In this document: piece by piece, positions 25,383 through 35,086 of the stretch
Layout: every line of letters begins with the position of its first letter
How positions within the stretch are numbered: the first letter of the stretch is position 1
Source of the DNA: a virus
Lineage: Duplodnaviria; Caudoviricetes
Reading direction: 5' to 3' (one strand)
Length of the DNA stretch: 58,397 nucleotides
IMG/VR virus record: IMGVR_UViG_3300037153_000467
Location: 1-58,397 of that record
Translations under genes and position numbers: made by a program
Notes under the pieces: generated by a model
Seen by the model: only the letters and a program-made list of their open reading frames with translations
The model's database searches: none
Told to the model about the DNA's origin: nothing

Positions 25383-25395
25383 GGGTCTCCTTCGG

Positions 25396-25572
25396 TCATC
25401 GTCGGTCCATGATCGCATGAACGATCGCCCCGCCCGCGAGCAGCACGCAGGCCGCGAGCCACGTAATCGCCGCGACCACCTCACCGTCCGGCCCATCCGC
25501 GATCCTGCGGTAGAGCCCCGCCAGCACGGCCGCTCCAGACGCCGAGTAGAGGATCAGGTGCATGTGTCGCAT
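25396..25572 (-). CDS. Small two-TM protein
   Basis: Two hydrophobic helices in the lysis region. Confidence 0.55.
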   Translation of the reverse strand: MRHMHLILYSASGAAVLAGLYRRIADGPDGEVVAAITWLAACVLLAGGAIVHAIMDRR

Positions 25573-25722
25573 ATTTCCCCCAGGGCTCGACGAGCGGCCC
25601 ATCACCTTGCGATTCGCGCCGCAGCGCGGCAACCTGGCGCGCGCCGAGGTAGGAGCACAGATGCAGCGCGGCGTACCCCAGCGCGGCGCAGAGGATGAGA
25701 CCCGCGACCGCGCGCGGACGCG

Positions 25723-26193
25723 TCATGGCACCGGCCCCGAGCTGGCACCAGGCGTCGGCCCCGCGATCGGGAAGGCCGGCCGGTAGAGCAGGCCGTCGAG
25801 GCGCTGGAGCTGCCGCTCGCACGCCTGGAGCCGGTACTCGACCGCAGTGTTGCGCTCGCTCGCACCCCAGATCGCGTTGCCGACGTACAGCGCGCCGCCG
25901 GCGACACCGGCCAGCAGGGCCAGCCCGATCTTGACGGCCCAACCGACGGGCCGCTTGACGTCGTGCAAGTCGACCGCGACCTGGGCAACGATCACCGACA
26001 GGTCCGCGCCGCCCCGCCGGTACTGTTCGGCCAGAGCGAGCTCCACATTGCGGGGTGGGCGCCCGAGCAGCCGCTCGATCCGGCGCACGTCCGACGGCGA
26101 CAGCACCTCCGGCGCCTGTGGGTACGCCGGCGTCGTCTCGTCTGCAGGCGCCGAGTGCCTCGGGGTGAGCGGTTCGTGATCGTCGTGGATCAT
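25723..26193 (-). CDS. Single-TM coiled-coil protein
   Basis: WAVKIGLALLAGVAGGALYVG helix. Confidence 0.7.
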   Translation of the reverse strand: MIHDDHEPLTPRHSAPADETTPAYPQAPEVLSPSDVRRIERLLGRPPRNVELALAEQYRRGGADLSVIVAQVAVDLHDVKRPVGWAVKIGLALLAGVAGGALYVGNAIWGASERNTAVEYRLQACERQLQRLDGLLYRPAFPIAGPTPGASSGPVP

Positions 26194-26197
26194 GTGG

Positions 26198-27715
26198 TCA
26201 CGGTTTCAGCCAACGATCGCCGCTACCCCACGTCGACCACGCCCCTTGCGGCGCGCGCGACACCATTGTCGCCACGCCTCCGAGCGCCAGGTTTCCGCTC
26301 TGCCGGACATCTCGCGCGCACCCGGTGCCATCGTCGAGCGACATGCCTGCGGACATCGACCCTGCCGAGTCGTCGAACACGTTGTCGGAGATGTCGATCA
26401 GGCGAATGACCGCCGGGCCGTTGCCGCTGATTGTCAGCGCCATCCCGCCCCAGTCGTAGACCCGGTTACGACGAACAACCGCGCTTCGTATATCTTCGCC
26501 GACGATCGTCGTGCGCAACAAGATGCCAGGGTACCCGCCAGCGATGCCCGGGCCCAGCATCATGTTGCCGTCGATGATCGCGTCCCTGAAGCCCTCTGCG
26601 CGTACTCCGAATGATTTCGCTCGGTTAAGCACGGAGAGCTCGTTGTCCGCGATGTAGGCGCGGCTCGACACACTGCCCACCCCGGTTCCGGCGATGTATA
26701 CCGCGGAGAGCGAGTCGACCGCGTTCTGTGTCATCATCCAGCGGTTGCCGACGACGCTCACGCGGTTCGTGGTTCGCCACAGCGTTACCGCCGGCTTCGT
26801 GGTCGGGTTGACGCCGCGATTACCTCGGATCTCGATATCGTCGGACCACACGACGAAGATCCCGCCGTTGATCGTGTTGTCGTGAACGCGCCAGCGCGAG
26901 GAGCGCGACGTGCTCGATCCGCCCGAGATCGTCAGCGCGTAATCGTTCGAGACGCCGAGCCCGTCGAGCGTGCACCCCGAGATGTCCAGGCCGTTGACGA
27001 ACCCATTCGCGCCTGGCTCGCTGTCGACCTGCTGGGCCCGGTTGCCGGCGAAGTACGACCTGGTAACGACCCCCGAGATGGTGCCGCCGCCGAAGGTGAT
27101 CCCGTTGCGGTCGTTGTCGGTCGCCGCAACATCATCGACCACGGCGTCATTGCTGCCATTGTACAGATAGAATCCGTCTCCGGTGAAGTTGCGCGCCGTG
27201 ACGCGCTCGAGGCGAAGCCCGCGTGCGTTGCTCGCGAAGATGCCTGCACGGTGCTCGTCGACGGTCTGCGCCGTCTTGTTGCCATCGAGGGTGAGGTCTC
27301 GGATCGACACGCCCGTGGTCTCCGGTGGTCCCGACTGGCAGGTAGCGAACCCGATCAGTCGAACGCTGCCCGGCTGCGCCGGTGCCTGGATGATCACCGC
27401 GCCGCTGCGCGATTCGCCGTGCAGCGTCACTCCAGACGGAATCGAGAGGTCACAGAATCCAACGCCCGTGCCGACGAGGTACACGCCGTTTGGCACGAAC
27501 ACATCGCTCGCACCCGAGCTGAGGCATGCTTGGATCGCGCCCCGATCGTCGGCGATGCCATCGCCCACTGCGCCGCAGTCTTCCTTGACGTCGACTGAAG
27601 TGGGCAGAGCGGACAGAGCAGACGAGCGCATCGTGCTCGATCGCGCGACGCACGCGCTTGCAACCAAGGCGATCACGGTTCCGAATAGATAGGGATAGCG
27701 ACGAACGGTTGACAT
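26198..27715 (-). CDS. Right-handed beta-helix (pectate lyase 3-like) polysaccharide depolymerase
   Basis: VDVKEDCGAVGDGIADDRGAIQA, VFVPNGVY, DLTLDGN and parallel beta-helix repeats; N-terminal signal/lipobox-like segment. Confidence 0.85.
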   Translation of the reverse strand: MSTVRRYPYLFGTVIALVASACVARSSTMRSSALSALPTSVDVKEDCGAVGDGIADDRGAIQACLSSGASDVFVPNGVYLVGTGVGFCDLSIPSGVTLHGESRSGAVIIQAPAQPGSVRLIGFATCQSGPPETTGVSIRDLTLDGNKTAQTVDEHRAGIFASNARGLRLERVTARNFTGDGFYLYNGSNDAVVDDVAATDNDRNGITFGGGTISGVVTRSYFAGNRAQQVDSEPGANGFVNGLDISGCTLDGLGVSNDYALTISGGSSTSRSSRWRVHDNTINGGIFVVWSDDIEIRGNRGVNPTTKPAVTLWRTTNRVSVVGNRWMMTQNAVDSLSAVYIAGTGVGSVSSRAYIADNELSVLNRAKSFGVRAEGFRDAIIDGNMMLGPGIAGGYPGILLRTTIVGEDIRSAVVRRNRVYDWGGMALTISGNGPAVIRLIDISDNVFDDSAGSMSAGMSLDDGTGCARDVRQSGNLALGGVATMVSRAPQGAWSTWGSGDRWLKP

Positions 27716-28533
27716 CAGAATGCCGGGCTCCATGCGAGGGTTTGCAGCAGCGAGCGCATGTTCGCGGTCGAGAGTTCGGCCGCGGTGCTCGAGAACGCCG
27801 TGAGCATGTTCCAGTGCGCAGTCGAGTCTCCGGTACTCTGGACTGCGCCGATCCCCTTATTGCCGTCTCCGACCGACGCGTACGTCACGGTAAGCTCCTC
27901 GAGCTCCGTGTAGAGCTTGCAAGACGTCGCAGTCCTGTTGTAGACGATGGCGATCGGGAAGATCGTCGATGTGGTGTATGTGTTGGCGCTCGTCGCCGTG
28001 TTGGCCCCGCACGTCATCTGCAGCTTGTTGGCCACCGTGTGGTCGACGCGGATTCCTGTGGCATTGTTAGTGAGCGTGAGCACGTTGCGGTTGCCTCCCG
28101 GAGTTCCGGTCAGGCAGCAGTACCCGAGCCACGCAATGGAGTCGGCTGCCGGATTGAACACTCCGGCCGCGAGGATCGCTGCCTGCACCGTCGTAGCCGT
28201 GATATTGAATGACTTCGTCGTCCATCCGGTGTTGGACTGTCGGTATGCCGGCGCTCCCGAGACGACGAGCGGGTTGGAGCCGATCGCGTCCGCCAAGTCG
28301 CCGGAGGCGTCCTGGCACAGCCACAGTCCGGTCGGATTGCCCCCGCCCAGTCCGGCAACGGCGAGCGTTGTGGTCCACTCGGTGGCATTCGAGGGCCGGT
28401 AGATTCCCGAGGTGGCATCGCGGGTCACGCCGGCCATCGGATTCGCCGTGCCGCCGCCGAGTTCGTCAGCGCTCACGCCGACCGCGACGCCAGCGGCGAC
28501 CCCAACCACGGTTCCGACGCGGGGTCCAATCAT
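27715..28533 (-). CDS. Virion-associated protein, possibly LamG/ConA-like
   Basis: LWLCQDASGDLADAIG; beta-rich composition. Confidence 0.55.
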   Translation of the reverse strand: MIGPRVGTVVGVAAGVAVGVSADELGGGTANPMAGVTRDATSGIYRPSNATEWTTTLAVAGLGGGNPTGLWLCQDASGDLADAIGSNPLVVSGAPAYRQSNTGWTTKSFNITATTVQAAILAAGVFNPAADSIAWLGYCCLTGTPGGNRNVLTLTNNATGIRVDHTVANKLQMTCGANTATSANTYTTSTIFPIAIVYNRTATSCKLYTELEELTVTYASVGDGNKGIGAVQSTGDSTAHWNMLTAFSSTAAELSTANMRSLLQTLAWSPAF

Positions 28534-28958
28534 CGCTTGCCGGCTCCGTGGATGCGGAGGAAGCCCGCCACCGTCGCGACCACCTTGATGCGGAGCCGAT
28601 GCGCGCCGCTATTCCCGAGGTCGACGAAAGCGCCACCGGCCGTGCCGCCGGGGACGTTGATGATCAGCGGGCTGGCGCCGAGCGTCGCCGCGCCGGCTGG
28701 CGAGATCGCCGTGTAGCCGGCGGTCGGCTGCAGCTGAATCCACTCCCCGGCCACCACGCTGTCGATCGGCACCGCGACGTGGCCGTTCTCTGGGAAGTTG
28801 CTCGCCCAGATCGTGATGCCGCTCGCGTTGGCGACGAGCGTGGCATCCCATTGGAGGTGAAGCGCAGTGATCAACGCGAGGTCGCCGCCGCCGCCGTAGT
28901 AGCTGGTGGCGATCTGCTGCGTGCCTCGGAACACATCGAACTGGTAGATAGAACCCAT
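28530..28958 (-). CDS. Putative virion protein, 142 aa
   Basis: Beta-rich ORF in the structural region with AGGAG RBS. Confidence 0.7.
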   Translation of the reverse strand: MGSIYQFDVFRGTQQIATSYYGGGGDLALITALHLQWDATLVANASGITIWASNFPENGHVAVPIDSVVAGEWIQLQPTAGYTAISPAGAATLGASPLIINVPGGTAGGAFVDLGNSGAHRLRIKVVATVAGFLRIHGAGKR

Positions 28959-28960
28959 GG

Positions 28961-31900
28961 CTATGCTCCTGAAGCTCGCTGGTCGAGCGGTGACATGGTC
29001 TGTTGCCCGAGCCGGAGCGGCCCGGTGGAGTGCGGTGATGCCGGCGCGGGCGTGGGCGGCATGGCGGTCTGGAGGTACTGCGCGTGCGACGGCTGCATCG
29101 TGCCGTCAACCGGGATCTTGTAGAGAATCGAAATCATGACCCGCCGCGAGTAGGGCAGCGTGGTCGCCATCTGTGGCGCGGCCCGCAGGAGCTCCTTCTG
29201 TGCATACGCGTAGAGCGCCGGGTACACGACCCGCAGCGTCTCCGCGCCCTCGGCGGAGGGGTGGCCCTTCGCGAGGTCCTCGAGCACGCTCACCGGGTCG
29301 TTGACCGCATGGACGTACTTGGCGAATTCGTTGATCGCGGCCATGGATGGCTGCCACGTGCCGTCCCCAGGCAGCACGCCGGGCAACACGGTCTGCTTGG
29401 GCCGCTTGCTATCGAGAAAGGCGATCCCGCGCTGGATCTGCGCCACGATCGCGTCATGCAGCGCCGGGTCCGAGGTCGGGAAGCGCTGCGAGATCGCCTG
29501 GTCGATCGCCCCGGGCTGCTGCGCGCGCACGATCTCGCTCACACGCGCATCGAACAGGTCGCGCGGCTTGGCGCTCTCCGGCTTGTCCCCGCCAGCGAAC
29601 AGCTGGCCGGCGAGCAGCACCGCGGGCCCGGCGAGGTGGCTCGCGGCGCCGGCGCCCTTCGCGGCGCCCTCGAGGATAACGCCCGTCGCGGCGACGATCC
29701 GCTCGCGCGTCGCCGCGGCCTTGGCGGCGATCGCACCCTCGGTCGACCGTCCGATGCTCCCGCCCTTGCGCCCCAGGATGCCCCAGACCGCGCGCGCCTT
29801 GAGCCAGAGCCCCAGGATGGGACCGATCACCGGGATGTGGCTCACGGCCGGGACGTGGGCGCCGATCGCGTGCAGGACCTCGAGCGCGGAGCCGACGTCG
29901 GCGAGCCCGCGACCGAGCCCGCCGCCCGATGCTGGTGCCACGGCCGGCGGGTTGCGCATCTCGTGCTGCCGCAGCGCCTTGGCGATATCGTCGTCGACCT
30001 GCGTGGCATCGGCGGCCGGCTGGACGCGGGTCTTGATATCGACGCCGGCCTTCGCTGAGCTCTCCGCGCTCGCGTCGGACTGCGCGCGGATTGCTGCGCG
30101 ATACGCCTTGGCGTTCTCGACCGCGGTCGCCGGCGCATCGGCGCCGAGCACATCGGTCAGCCGGGCACTGGCTTCCTCCATGTCGCCGAGCACCTTGGCG
30201 CCTTGCGCCAGGTTCGGCCCGATGTCCACGTTCTTGCCGTTGTGCCGCATGATCGCCTTGGCGATCGCGCGCTCCTCGGGGGTCTTGCGCGGCGCCCGCT
30301 CGAGCGCGCCTGGCAGCCCCATCGCCTCGCGCCGTGCGCCGTACTCGGCCGCGGAGACCGGCATGCCGCCCCGCTCGACGCCGAACGCTTTCGCCAGCTC
30401 GTCGAGCCCGCCGGTGTGAGCCGGCGCGGTGCCGGCCGGAGGCGCCCCCTCGAAGTAGCTGCGCGTCTCCGGATCGAAGCGCGGCACCGCGCCGGGCTCA
30501 ACGATCCCGGTCAGCTGCTGCTTGGCCGCGATCCCCTGCGCCTCGCGCTCGGCCGCCGCCATCGGCGAGGTCTCGTAACTGCCGCCAGCGCCACGCGGGA
30601 AACCAGCGTTCCACGGCTCGCGAAGGTCGCGGGCCTCGAGAGCCTTCGCGCGGAAGTGGCGCGCCGCCTCGGCGGTCCGAGCCGCCTTGTCGGTGGCGTA
30701 CGCCTCGCGCGAGGGCGCGCCCATCTCGCGCAGCGATCCGCCCGCGCCGAGCTTCTCCTGCGTGCCGCGGAGCAGGCCGGTGAGGGACTCGGATGCTGGG
30801 GCATTGGCCACGGCGGCGCGAGGCATCACGTACGATTTGTCTGGGGCGCTGGCGACCTTGTCGGTGATCGCGTTGCGGCGCGCCACGGCGGCATCCCACT
30901 TCTCGTAGAGCGCCGTCCGCTCGGGCGATCCCTCCGCCGCCGTCTTCAGCGCCTTGTCGATCTCGTCCTGGTATTCCCCGAGCTGCCGAAGGCTCAGTTG
31001 ATCCACCGGGGCAGAGAGATCGACCCTCGGAGCACGAGTGATGGAGGGAGGGGCATGCTCGCTGATAACCGTGACGTGGATGTCTTTGATCGGCGGTTCG
31101 ATGCTCACTGTATTGCGATGGAACAGCCGGACCGACTTATCGGGTAGCACCTCATATTTCTCTGGGAGGCTTTGCCATCGTTCGGTGATCGGGATGTATT
31201 CGACCTTGTCGACTCGCAACTTGGTGCCGCGCGGAAACAGGAGCTCGCCTTCATTGCTGTAGTTGCTGCGAATCGGCATCGCTGGAGTGCCCGCCTTCGC
31301 ATTGATGGTGAGCACGATGTTCTCATTTCGAGACTTCGCGCTCGCGCTGTAGGCCGTCGACAGGAACGCCGGATCCTCGAGTACGTCCCCGGGCTTCACG
31401 TCGGCGAACCGAGCGATGTTGTCCGGTCCGTGCAGGCCGCGATAGACTTGCGCCTCGCGCGGCAATCGAGATTCGGGCATTGCGAAACCAGCATCAAGCG
31501 TGTCCCGCAAATGCAGCGCCTCGCCATCGAGTGGCTCGCCAGACCGCAGCGCTGGGTTGACCACCTCATCGCCGCCCTTGGAATAGCGGAACTCGGCGGC
31601 CATCAACTTGGCGTCGCTCGCATGGCCGAATGTCTGCTTGTACGCCTTGTACTCGTCGTCATTGAGAGGAACGTGAGAGGGGGCGGCCGCCGTCGATTCT
31701 GGCGCCTTGCCGGTGCGCGTGATCTGCGGAGCGAAGTCGCTCGTCGTCGCGGCCGCTGTTTCCGGCGCAACGACTGGTGCTGGTTCGCTGGGCGTTGCCC
31801 CCTCGCGAAGCGCGCGCGTCACCGGCGTCCCTTGTGGCTCGGCGGCGAGTGGCGCCTGTGACGGTGGCCCCGGAGCCGCGACCTCGCCCGGGTTGTATCC

Positions 31901-32983
31901 GCGCGCACCCGGCGCCCCGAACTCGCCGACCGGGACCTGGGGGCCGATCCGGCCGCCGGCCATGCCGGTTTCCGGCGCCTGCAGCCCGGCCAGCGCGCGC
32001 GCGAGCTCCGGGTCCGATTCGGCAGCGAGCCAGTCGTCCAGCTGCGCCCGCGCCTGCTGGTAGCCGTCGAGCGCCTGCGCGATCTGCTGCCGGTCCACAG
32101 CCCCGGTGACCTGGTCGACCATCGCCTGCGGGTGCGCTTCGCCGAACACGCGGCGCGTCGTGGTCTCGCCGATCTGCGCGATCTGGGTCTGCGCGTCGAC
32201 ATCGGATAGCTTGCGTTCGGCCGCCGCGACCATCGCATCGCCGTCGCGGGCCGCCTGCGCGATCGATGATGCGGCCTGCTCCTGCACGCCTGCCGCGGCG
32301 GCGGCGCTGACCTCGGAGCGCGGGAACAGCGACCGCGCGCGCTGGAGCGTCCGGCTCGCGAGCATCCCGGCGCCGCCGATCGGGGCGGCGAACAGCGCGC
32401 CGTGCCCCATACCGGCCACGAAGCCCTCGGCAGACAGCGGCTTGTCCTCGAGCGCGGTCTCCGTGAGGTACTGCCCGCCGCCGTAGAGTGCGCCCTCGGC
32501 GCCCGCGCCCAGGGTCGCAGCACCGACCCGGCCGGCCAGCCCAGCACCCTCGCCGAGACCGGAGATCGCGCTGCCCAAGCGGCTGGTGAGCCCTGCCGGG
32601 CTCGCTGCGAGGATCCGAGCGCCGAGCCCGGCCTCTGCGCCCGCCGCGGCGCCGCCGGTTAGCAGCGCGGGGGCCAGCGCGCCGGCGATCGTGCCCGCCC
32701 CGGTGGCGTACGGGTGCTCCTCGCGGGCGTGCCGGATCCCGCGGTCGGAGATCAGCTGGTCCGACAGCCCCAGCGTGAGCCCGCTCAGCGCGCCCGAGAG
32801 CCCCGCGCCGACCGCGCCGCCGACGCCGCCGTGGAGCTCGCGGAAGGTCTCGCTCGCGGTGCGCCCAACGCTCTCCTCGTCGGTCTCGGGCCGGAAGCCC
32901 TGCGCGATGTAGGCCGATACCTGCTCCTGCGGCACGCCGTAGGCGCGGCCGTCGCTGTCGCGGAGCGTGACGGTATCGGGCAA
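28961..32983 (-). CDS. Large internal virion/ejection protein with an embedded ADP-ribosyltransferase domain
   Basis: Gly/Ala-rich 1340 aa; Y...N..LR, VYRG, FLSTA and EGELLFPRG motifs at about 31055-31676. Confidence 0.8.
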   Translation of the reverse strand: MPDTVTLRDSDGRAYGVPQEQVSAYIAQGFRPETDEESVGRTASETFRELHGGVGGAVGAGLSGALSGLTLGLSDQLISDRGIRHAREEHPYATGAGTIAGALAPALLTGGAAAGAEAGLGARILAASPAGLTSRLGSAISGLGEGAGLAGRVGAATLGAGAEGALYGGGQYLTETALEDKPLSAEGFVAGMGHGALFAAPIGGAGMLASRTLQRARSLFPRSEVSAAAAAGVQEQAASSIAQAARDGDAMVAAAERKLSDVDAQTQIAQIGETTTRRVFGEAHPQAMVDQVTGAVDRQQIAQALDGYQQARAQLDDWLAAESDPELARALAGLQAPETGMAGGRIGPQVPVGEFGAPGARGYNPGEVAAPGPPSQAPLAAEPQGTPVTRALREGATPSEPAPVVAPETAAATTSDFAPQITRTGKAPESTAAAPSHVPLNDDEYKAYKQTFGHASDAKLMAAEFRYSKGGDEVVNPALRSGEPLDGEALHLRDTLDAGFAMPESRLPREAQVYRGLHGPDNIARFADVKPGDVLEDPAFLSTAYSASAKSRNENIVLTINAKAGTPAMPIRSNYSNEGELLFPRGTKLRVDKVEYIPITERWQSLPEKYEVLPDKSVRLFHRNTVSIEPPIKDIHVTVISEHAPPSITRAPRVDLSAPVDQLSLRQLGEYQDEIDKALKTAAEGSPERTALYEKWDAAVARRNAITDKVASAPDKSYVMPRAAVANAPASESLTGLLRGTQEKLGAGGSLREMGAPSREAYATDKAARTAEAARHFRAKALEARDLREPWNAGFPRGAGGSYETSPMAAAEREAQGIAAKQQLTGIVEPGAVPRFDPETRSYFEGAPPAGTAPAHTGGLDELAKAFGVERGGMPVSAAEYGARREAMGLPGALERAPRKTPEERAIAKAIMRHNGKNVDIGPNLAQGAKVLGDMEEASARLTDVLGADAPATAVENAKAYRAAIRAQSDASAESSAKAGVDIKTRVQPAADATQVDDDIAKALRQHEMRNPPAVAPASGGGLGRGLADVGSALEVLHAIGAHVPAVSHIPVIGPILGLWLKARAVWGILGRKGGSIGRSTEGAIAAKAAATRERIVAATGVILEGAAKGAGAASHLAGPAVLLAGQLFAGGDKPESAKPRDLFDARVSEIVRAQQPGAIDQAISQRFPTSDPALHDAIVAQIQRGIAFLDSKRPKQTVLPGVLPGDGTWQPSMAAINEFAKYVHAVNDPVSVLEDLAKGHPSAEGAETLRVVYPALYAYAQKELLRAAPQMATTLPYSRRVMISILYKIPVDGTMQPSHAQYLQTAMPPTPAPASPHSTGPLRLGQQTMSPLDQRASGA

Positions 32984-35086
32984 CTACGGGCTCCGTGGTG
33001 CGCCGCTCGCGCCGCGCACATTCTCGCCCGTTCCAGGCACCGTGTTGATGCTCTGCTCTCGCGCGCGGTCGATCAGCTGCTTGGCGAGCGCGGCGGTCTC
33101 CGGGGACTCCGACTCCTCGGCGATCTTGTAGAGCTTCTCCGAGTAGTGACGGCGGATCGCCATGTCCGGCGAATTCAACGCCGCGCCCCACGTCTCCATC
33201 GTTTGTCTGATCGACGGCATGATCCCGCCCGCCTTCGCGACCTGCGCGGCCAGCCTCTGCGCATCGCCGCTCGCCGAGGCTCCGGGCCCGGAGCTCTCTC
33301 GCGGCATACCGAACTCGATATCGAATTTGCCTGGCCGATCCTTGAGCAGCGAGATCGGATTCCGCAGCGCATCGGACAGCACACGATCCTCATCGGTCTG
33401 CGTGGGCACCGGCGGAGATGTCGTGTCCTGCCAGCGGATCGGCTCCTTGTCATAGCCCTGTCCCGCGAGTAGCCCGTTCATCTTAGTCTGGATGTTCCGG
33501 TTGCTCTCGAGTAAGCCGTGTGTGGCGTCATAGACGAATGACGTCGGATCGACGCCTGCACTCGTCATCTTGTCGAAGAACTCGATCGTCGGCTCGCGGA
33601 ACGACTGCACGCCATACGCCTCGTGAAGCTCGGCGACGGCGGCCTTATAGTCGGACATCATGTGCTGCCAATCCTTCGACTTGAACCAGCCGCTCTCGCC
33701 GCCGTGGTCCGTCATGCCGCGCACCATCTGGCCGACCAGCGTGTTGTAGGTCGACGTCGAGGCGACCTGGCGCCGGATCTTGGCGGCGTCTGCAGGTTCG
33801 GCGGCGAGCACCACGGTGCCATCCTGTCGCGTCGCCGGGATCGGCTTCCCGTCAGGGCCGGGGATGAAGATCGCGCGCTTGCTCTCTTCCTCGCTGAGCT
33901 TGCCCGCGCCCTTCGCGGCGAGCGCGGCGGCCTTGAGGTCAAGCTCCTGCTGGTCTTTCTGCTTGGTCCAGTCGAACTGCCTTTGCGCGAGCGCGAGGTG
34001 ACCACCGGCGATCGCGTTCTGCTGCGTCTGCAGGTCGTGCTGGCTCCGCAGCTGGATGTAGCTCTTGAGCCTCTCGTCTCCCATCTGGCGCACGTTGGCC
34101 GCTTCCTTGAGGCCGTTCGCCTGTGCAATCGGGTCGGCGCTCTTGACCGCTGCCAGCTCGAGCCGCTTGCCGAGCAAGGTGAACGCGAGCCCGTCGGCCT
34201 TGTCGATCTCGGCCTGCCGCATCGCGTGATACTGCGCCGCGTCCAAGCCGGTCTGGCGATCGAAGCCAAGCTGTTCCACAAGCGCGTCGCGCTGCTTATA
34301 CTGCGCGACGTTGGCCTCGTGGATGTTGCCCTGCAGCATCTCGAGCACGGGATTCGGCCCGCCCTGGCGCATCATCCCCTGCCCGATCCCGGCGAGGATC
34401 ATTCCGATGCCCCAGCGCACCTTGCCGCCGACGCCGAGGTCATCGAGATACTTGTTCTGATTGAACTTCCATGATTCGACCTTTGCGCGATCCGCCGCGA
34501 CGGCAGCGGTGTTCGTCGCGAAGATCTTCTTGTACGCGTCGTTCTCGGCCTTGCGCGCCTCGTCATTCGCTGCCGTGGTCGCCGCGGCCTGCTCGTACGC
34601 CGCCGTTTGCGCCTCGTGGAGCGGCTTCTGGGCCTCGACGCCAGCTTGGATCGCAGCGGTCTGGGCCTGCTCGGTGCCGGCTTCGCGGTTCTGTAGATCC
34701 TGCATCTGCTGGCCGAAGGTCTGCGGGCGCGCCGGCACCGCCGGCGGGCGGGCTGCAGGCTGCGGCCGGTTCGGTGGCGGTGCCGCGCCCGGACCCTGCC
34801 CGAACGCGCTTGCCGGCACCGGGTAGTCCAGCGGCCCGCCCGAGGGCACCGCCGGCAGCCGGCCACGCTCGCTCGGAAGCGTGCTCGGGATCGCCGGGGC
34901 CTGTGGCAGGATCGCGCCCTCGGGGGGCGGTGGCGGCGCCCAGCCCATGCCCTGCGGGATCGACGGTGGCAGGCCGCCGAAGTTGGGCGCTCCGGGGAGG
35001 GATGCCGCAGGCGACGCCATCGACGGATCGCCCTGGGGCCAGCCCATGCCCTGGTAGACCTCCGGCGGTAGAGTCGGATCCGGCAT
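32984..35086 (-). CDS. Internal virion/ejection protein, 700 aa
   Basis: Pro-rich N-terminus, helical Q/A-rich body; position in the podovirus module. Confidence 0.7.
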   Translation of the reverse strand: MPDPTLPPEVYQGMGWPQGDPSMASPAASLPGAPNFGGLPPSIPQGMGWAPPPPPEGAILPQAPAIPSTLPSERGRLPAVPSGGPLDYPVPASAFGQGPGAAPPPNRPQPAARPPAVPARPQTFGQQMQDLQNREAGTEQAQTAAIQAGVEAQKPLHEAQTAAYEQAAATTAANDEARKAENDAYKKIFATNTAAVAADRAKVESWKFNQNKYLDDLGVGGKVRWGIGMILAGIGQGMMRQGGPNPVLEMLQGNIHEANVAQYKQRDALVEQLGFDRQTGLDAAQYHAMRQAEIDKADGLAFTLLGKRLELAAVKSADPIAQANGLKEAANVRQMGDERLKSYIQLRSQHDLQTQQNAIAGGHLALAQRQFDWTKQKDQQELDLKAAALAAKGAGKLSEEESKRAIFIPGPDGKPIPATRQDGTVVLAAEPADAAKIRRQVASTSTYNTLVGQMVRGMTDHGGESGWFKSKDWQHMMSDYKAAVAELHEAYGVQSFREPTIEFFDKMTSAGVDPTSFVYDATHGLLESNRNIQTKMNGLLAGQGYDKEPIRWQDTTSPPVPTQTDEDRVLSDALRNPISLLKDRPGKFDIEFGMPRESSGPGASASGDAQRLAAQVAKAGGIMPSIRQTMETWGAALNSPDMAIRRHYSEKLYKIAEESESPETAALAKQLIDRAREQSINTVPGTGENVRGASGAPRSP

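Noticed and set aside
25481-25726. TM-containing ORF (MTRPRAVAGLILC...)
   Set aside because: It overlaps the 25396-25572 ORF by about 90 nt; I could not decide whether it is real.
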